Shown here one piece after another: positions 56,165 to 64,000 of a stretch of 64,000 nucleotides of DNA (its first letter is position 1; every line of letters begins with the position of its first letter). The DNA is from the human T2T-CHM13v2.0 reference genome, Homo sapiens. Made by a program: the position numbers and the translations under genes. The notes below the pieces were generated by a model. It ran no database searches. It saw nothing but the letters and a program-made list of their open reading frames with translations, and was not told the DNA's origin. The stretch lies in NCBI RefSeq assembly GCF_009914755.1, contig NC_060928.1, one strand, 5' to 3'.

Positions 56165-56870
56165 TTGTGCATATGCTATTTCTACTTCCTAGAATACACT
56201 CTTCTTTTTACACAACTCTTTTTATCTTTCAAATCTGATATATCTTACCTTCCAAGATATGATTTTGGCCTCTTATAGACCAAGTAGGGCCCTATCCCAT
56301 TACTCGAACTCCCTTTTTATTTTCTACCACATGTATGTTCAATTTATAGTAGTTGCACAACTAATAACTATTTATGTACCTGTTTATTGAATATTTTATT
56401 GAAAATATACATTTATTATTTATTGAATGAATGTATAATAATAATATGTATATAGTAAGAGGGAAATATTTTATTACATTCACCATTCCATCTTGGATTA
56501 ACAAATATCTTGTATTCATAAGCAGGTAATGTGTAGCATAGCTAGATATGTTTTATGAAAACATGAATCTGATTATTACACTGTCAGAACAAATTACTTC
56601 AGTGATTTCGAAAAACCTTCAGAATAAAGGCAAAACCTTGGGATTAGCATATAATACCTTTAAGTCAGATCTCCCCTTTTCCTATGATATCCTTACCAAT
56701 TTCCAGGGCTTCAACTGTGCCCTCAGCATAGCTCCATTAATAGCATGTAGACACAGTAATTTCCTTAGACAAGACCTATTCTTATTTGGCTTTTGTATCA
56801 CCCATGGCCAAGATCCAGCACTTTGCACATAGTAGTTACACAATTACTTTCTGAAAAACAGATGAATAAA
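56165..56870 (+). mobile_element. L2 fragments
   Basis: 'atgctatttctacttcctagaatacactct' and the tail 'ccagcactttgcacatagtag...gatgaataaat'. Confidence 0.55.
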
Positions 56871-57484
56871 TTAATTATTTACACCTACATTTTAAGTGAG
56901 GTTAAAATATGAATGAACCATCTTGCCCCTCACAGAATAGTGTCTTCTTTTCATCACTCTGGATACGTTAAGGATATTTTCTTTATCATCTCAAACCAAC
57001 ATTTGGAATTTATGTTTAATTGATCTCTATCTCCTCTACTTCTTCCAACCCCTGTTTAATCTAAATGACAATTTATTTTACTTCCAAATGATCTCTCTCA
57101 TTATCCTATTTTTCATACATTTATTGCCACTTTTTTTAGAACTGTCTTTGATCCCTACTTCTCAGGTTAAGGTAGATTGGACTATCAGTGGTCTTCATGC
57201 TAATTTACGTACTTTCAGATCCATTACAAATAGTTTTACTTTACAGATCCTGCCTGTATTTCCTACCTCTCTACCTCAATGTTTTTGCATATGCTAACTA
57301 ACCACTTTCTCCCAATCTCCATTTTACTAAGTTGTTAAGAAATCTGCTTCATTACTATGCTCATACAACATTGTTTTTGCTTTTCAGCCCAATGTCTTCA
57401 ACATAAAATATGTTCTGTAATCTGAATTTTCATATTTCTCTGTTGTATCATTACTGCAATATGTTTTATAGTTTTAGGGCTATT

Positions 57485-58120
57485 TCTCTCTCTCTCTCTC
57501 ATATATATATAATATATTTATATTTCATGTATAAATATATTATATATTTATATATAATATATTTATATTTCATGTATAAATATATTATATATTTATATAT
57601 AATATATTTATTTCATGTATAAATATATTATATATTTATATATAATATATTTTTATATAGTTTTTTATATTTATATAAATATATATATTTATATAAATAT
57701 ATAAATATATATATTTATATAAATATATATATTTATATAAATATATAAATATATATATTTATATAAATATATAAATATATATATTTATATAAATATATAA
57801 ATATATATATTTATATAAATATATAAATATATATATAAATACAATATTTTTATATTTTATATTTATATAATATACATAAAATATATTTTATATACAGTTA
57901 TATATATTTTATATACAGTTATATATAAATATATTTTATATACAGTTATATATAAATATATTTTATATAGTTATATATAATACATTATATATAGTTATAT
58001 ATAATATATTTTATATATAGTTATATACAAATATATTTTATATAGTTATATACAAATATATTTTATATATAAATATAAAATATAAATATATTATATATAT
58101 AAAAATATATATATATTTTA
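57485..58120. repeat. (CT)n plus a ~620-bp AT-only composite tandem repeat
   Basis: ~45-bp unit x3 (catg at 57526, 57571, 57614), then 'atttatataaat' units, then 'agttatatata' units. Confidence 0.95.
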
Positions 58121-58174
58121 TGTTTCCCTTTCTGCTTTAGGAGATTATATATGGATATTTATATATACTTACCC

Positions 58175-58290
58175 TTCTCCTTGCAATGTTATGATGTCTT
58201 GAGGAGAGGGATCTATTCAGCATTTTTATCTGTCTGCCCACTGCACTGTCTAGCATTATGCCTTGTACACAGTAAGGACTGAATGAATGT
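58175..58290 (+). mobile_element. L2 3' end
   Basis: 'tctagcattatgccttgtacacagtaaggactgaatgaatg'. Confidence 0.7.
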
Positions 58291-59069
58291 CCCTCAAGTA
58301 GATAAATGAGGATGCTTGGCTCTAGGTTTGGTATATAGTAGTTCATAAGCACAAAGGAATAAAACAGCAGCTATTTTTCTGATGTTTACCCCCCTCAATG
58401 AAAAATATTCCCTGGGCTTTGTTAAGTAAAAGGTTTTAAAGTGGTGACATACAGACATGTATTCTTTGGACAGTAAAATATTAAACAAGGCAACAAAAAT
58501 CTAATTAGTTGACAACATTTAAAACTGGCAGACTTCACTTAATTTCAACAGTCTTTTCAAAAGTGAGAAGCAGATTTGGCAATATTGGGAAAATATTCTC
58601 CTAGAGCCAAAATTTGCTGGTAATAAGTATCAACTAACCAGTTTAGCCAAGGCTACTGTGTTCTAGTTTGCCTGAATTTCAAATAGCTTATTCATCTTAT
58701 TTAGATCTTTTGTGATGGAAGGTCTTGGTCAGTGTGACCTCTTCTTTTATATACTTGATCTCTGTACTTGTGTAAAATAAGATTCCAGGACTTGCATTGG
58801 GAATCAGGGTTTTAACATACAAGTCTACCAGCTATGCCAGCCAGCTGAGCAGGGGTAGAAAGAACCTGACAGCTGTGCAGATAATGAAGAAACAAACAAA
58901 AAACTTTGAATAAAATACTTGGAAAAAATGAGCCAAGTAAAGGGCACAAGCTAGCATATTCAGGGAGAAGAGAAATACTAAGATAAAGAAAATGTGCCAG
59001 ATTATACGGTAGACACTATTATATTAGTCTTTACTATAGCTTTGACTATATATACATGACTTATAGCTG

Positions 59070-60095
59070 TATAAGGAACATTTCCTAGCTCTTGCCACTG
59101 AAAAAGCATAGAAACAGTAGCACCCTAAAGGCAATGATAATATCTACTGCCCATATTTTAATTTCTAAACACCATTTTCTATTAAAAGGAGCTAGGATTC
59201 TTGGGAGAAAGAGCTGATTCCAAGGCTGAAGTGAGAATATTTTCCATTTGAAACCTGAATGACTTGTTCAGAGAAGAAGGAAGTGTTCAAAGAATAATTG
59301 AGATATGATATACATAAGACACAGAAGCCAGATTGAAGGGGCATCACTGATTAAATACAGGACAATTTGAGCACCTAAATAAATAATGGTAGTAATAGAT
59401 TATAACCCACTGAACAAAATAAAGAAGTTCTTATCCATAGTGAATATCAATTTTGAAATTTATTATCTAAATTTCAAGAGGTAACAGCATATTGGCAAGA
59501 TATTTAGGTTCCACTTCCACAAAATACTTACTGAATACAAGGGAAAGATTACATTGGAGAAAAGTTGTTGATACAATTGTGACTGTAGGATCAAAATTAA
59601 GGTCACCATAATGGTCCAAACTTACTTCGAATATTACCTAACAGGCTGTGGCATTTCTGTGATATTCTTTTGAAATATAATCCAGACAAAACATTGACGA
59701 AACTAAGTAAAGGAACTTCTTATAAAATTACCAGTGTATAATCCTCAAAAGTGTTCATGTCATGAAAGCCAAGAAAAGCCTGAGAAACTACTTCACACGC
59801 AAAACAATAGATACAGAAACTCAATTCAACAGATGATTTTAAATTGCATCATTTGCAATAAAGGACACTATTGGTACAATTGGTAAAATTTGAAGAAGGT
59901 TTGACAATAAAATAAAAGTAATGCATCAATGATAACTTCTGATTTTGATAGTTGATCTGTGGTTATATATAAGAATGTTCTGGTTTGTAGAGCATCTGAT
60001 TGGCAACTTATTCTCAAATGGTACAGAAAACAAATTCTCTGTGTTCTACTTGCAAATTTTCTGTAAGTTTGGAACTATTTCAAATAATTTTAAAA
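59070..60095 (+). mobile_element. L1MC3/4-like 3'UTR
   Basis: 'cctagctcttgccactga...tttctaaacaccattttctattaaaagga', ending 'cttgcaaattttctgtaagtttggaactatttcaaa'. Confidence 0.8.
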
Positions 60096-60316
60096 CAGTA
60101 TACTTATTGCAAATGAAGAGTAATCATTTCTAGATTTAAAGTACATAAAGTTAATGTTTATAGAAAGAAATCATTTATATTTGAAACAAGAAAATTACTG
60201 ATTTAACACTAGAAAACACAGAAGCATGAAGCATGGCCATTAACTTTGTTCTTTTTCTTCTTTAAGATATATATATATATACACACACACACATATATAC
60301 ACATATATACATATGT

Positions 60317-61325
60317 ATATACCTATATGTATACACGCACGTATGTACACAATATACCTGTGTGTATGTATACACGCACGTATGTACACAATATACCTGT
60401 GTGTATGTATACACGCACGTATGTACACAATATACCTGTGTGTATGTATACACGCACGTATGTACACAATATACCTGTGTGTATGTATACACGCACGTAT
60501 GTACACAATATACCTGTGTGTATGTATACACGCACGTATGTACACAATATACCTCTGTGTAGGTATACACGCACGTATGTACACAATATACCTCTGTGTA
60601 GGTATACACGCACGTATGTACACAATATACCTGTGTGTATGTATACACGCACGTATGTACACAATATACCTGTGTGTATGTATACACGCACGTATGTACA
60701 CAATATACCTGTGTGTATGTATACACGCACGTATGTACACAATATACCTGTGTGTATGTACACACGCACGTATGTACACAATATACCTGTGTGTATGTAT
60801 ACACGCATGTATGTACATAATATACCTGTATGTATACACGCACGTATGTACATACCTGTGTGTATGTATACACGCAGGTATGTACACAATATACCTGTGT
60901 GTATGTATACACGCAGGTATGTACACAATATACCTGTGTGTATGTATACACGCACGTATGTACACAATATACCTGTGTGTAGGTATACACGCACGTATGT
61001 ACACAATATACCTGTGTGTAGGTATACACGCACGTATGTACACAATATACCTGTGTGTATGTATACACGCACGTATGTACACAATATACCTGTGTGTATG
61101 TATACACGCACGTATGTACACAATATACCTGTGTGTAGGTATACACGCACGTATGTACACAATATACCTGTGTGTATGTATACACGCACGTATGTACACA
61201 ATATACCTGTGTGTAGGTATACACGCACGTATGTACACAATATACCTGTGTGTAGGTATACACGCATGTATGTACATAATATACCTGTGTGTATGTATAC
61301 ACGCACGTATGTACATAATATACCT
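60317..61325. repeat. 39-bp minisatellite (VNTR), ~26 copies
   Basis: Unit atatacctgtgtgtatgtatacacgcacgtatgtacaca; anchor 'aatatacct' recurs every 39 bp (60351, 60390, 60429, ...). Confidence 0.97.
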
Positions 61326-62252
61326 ATATGTGTATACACATATAGGTATATACATAATATAACTATATGTATACCTACACATATAGGTATATACATAATA
61401 TAACTATATGTATACCTACACATATAGGTATATACCTATATGTATATATACACACATATAGACACATATATACACACATGTATACACATATATGTGTATA
61501 TACACGTGTGTGTATACACATACACATATATATGTATATATGTGTATATATACATATATGTATACATGTGTATATATACATATATGTATACATGTGTATA
61601 TATACATATATGTATACACATAATATACATGTGTATATATACATATATGTATATACATAATATACATAATATATGTGTTTACATATATGTGTATACATAT
61701 ACACGTATATGTATACGTATACATATACGCGTATATGTATACGTATACATATACGCGTATATGTATACGTATACATATGTATACATATGTATATACATAT
61801 ACGCATATATACACATATAGGTATATATGTATATACATATATGTATATATACCTATATGTATATATACACATATAGGTATATATACATATGTATATATAC
61901 CTATATGTGTATATACACATGTAGGTATATTATGTATATACCTATATGTATATACACATGTAGGTATATTATGTATATACCTATATGTATATATACACAT
62001 GTAGGTATATTATGTATATACCTACATGTATATATACATATAGGTATATTATGTATATACCTATATGTATATATACATGTAGGTATATTATGTATATACC
62101 TACATGTATATATACATGTAGCTATATTATGTATATACGTATATGTATATATACATGTAGGTATATTATGTACATGTAGGTATATTATATATATACATAC
62201 ATGTATATATACATGTATGTATATTATGTATATACATACATGTATATATATA
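61326..62252. repeat. Degenerate TA/CA/TG tandem repeats (41-bp and ~35-39-bp units)
   Basis: 'atataggtatatacataatataactatatgtatacctacac' x2; 'catgtaggtatattatgtatataccta' repeated from ~61918. Confidence 0.93.
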
Positions 62253-62719
62253 TTCTCTTCTTTTCTTTATTTATAAGGTGAAGAAAAAGAGAAGAAAGAT
62301 AAAGTCATGTTCAAAGTAATTCTTTATATTTTAACTAATTGAAAAATGGTGCCTGGTGGATCTCAGTGCAGAGATAAAGAAGAAGTAGCTATGCTTAATT
62401 ATTTCAAAACTGTTTTATTGCCTTATGATGCACATGAGATTTAATAACTCACACTTGCAGAAAAAGACATTCTCTTATAGTATCTCTCAATAGAAGTGTG
62501 TTCAGAAAATGGAGCTTTTGAGGACAAACGGCTGCCTTGTCTAATATTTTTCAAAGCTGGTTTGAAAGCCAGAAATATCAGGAAGTAGTTCAATGCCTTG
62601 TAATTATAGACAGCAAACATAGTTTTGTTTTTGAAGTAAAGAAATGCCACACAACTCAGTGGCAAAGGACAGAAAGTGAGGCAAGGAAAAATCATGAACT
62701 TTACAGTTTGACACACATG

Positions 62720-62885
62720 GCTTCACTCCCCATTTTTCAGTTGTATTTAGGTATAAAATCATGGGCAAGGTGACTAACCATTTTGAGCCTTGAGTTTATG
62801 ATTGATGACATAAAAATATAATCTGTCCAGAGCAGTTGTGAGATTAAGTGATATTATAAATGTACATGACTGGCATGGAACTGTT
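62720..62885 (+). mobile_element. MIR fragment
   Basis: 'catgggcaaggtgactaaccattttgagcct...gttgtgagattaagtga'. Confidence 0.65.
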
Positions 62886-63339
62886 TGATTTATTGCTTTT
62901 CTTTTTTAAATGAATATGAATATTGATTAACTTTCATTTCAATAATCTATTTGACAAATAGGCTGTAATTCCTCATGAATTACTGGGCTCTGGGTCAGTG
63001 GAATACCAAAACTGAGGATCAGGCAGAGTGTCTCCCATGAATTATATTATTTCATGGTACTAGAGATTTAAACACATAATCTCAGTGGCTCCTGTTAATT
63101 CTGTTTAGGATGGTGGGCAAATCCAAACTGAGAGCCGTGCAAATGCCATGAAGATGCCATAAACATCATTGCATGACTTTTCTAAGCACTTACTGTAGCC
63201 TCAAGGCATATAAAGTTGGTCATGACGACTGTGGATTCTGTATTTGAAAATTTACATTTTCACTAACACTTATCCAAGCACAAATTACAGTGCTGTTGAT
63301 TGTTAATAAGTAAATAGTATATATTAAAACAATTTTATA

Positions 63340-63643
<304 letters not shown>

Positions 63644-63686
63644 ACAATTTTACATATTGATTAGTCAGTGAAAATGTTGTGACTAA

Positions 63687-64000
<314 letters not shown>

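Noticed and set aside
60317-61325. CRISPR-like regular repeats
   Set aside because: Units are head to tail with no unique spacers, no cas genes are present, and the DNA is primate
60240-62276. Long ORFs of up to 385 aa on both strands
   Set aside because: They are translations of a 39-bp (13-codon) tandem unit lacking stops in most frames; open in many frames at once, low-complexity Y/I/C/H/T/V content, no gene signals

Overview
AT-rich primate (human-like) non-coding DNA, either intergenic or deep intronic. It is dominated by decayed transposons: L1 of several ages, L2, MIR, AluJ/S/Y, a FLAM monomer, MaLR/ERVL LTRs and DNA-transposon MITEs. It also holds microsatellites, two AT-rich repeat tracts and a ~2 kb purine-pyrimidine block containing a 39-bp VNTR (~26 copies). 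I see no credible protein-coding gene, RNA gene or CRISPR array. The listed ORFs are L1/Alu/LTR fragments, low-complexity chance ORFs, or tandem-repeat read-throughs. I did not find a convincing undescribed biological system. The best leads are the 39-bp VNTR carrying overlapping HIF/AHR-type motifs, a twin-primed inverted L1, several hairpin-forming template-switch scars, a PATRR-like palindrome, a short local duplication that retains splice signals, and a few candidate non-coding exons. Repeat subfamily names come from remembered consensus sequences, not alignments, and boundaries of old repeats are approximate.
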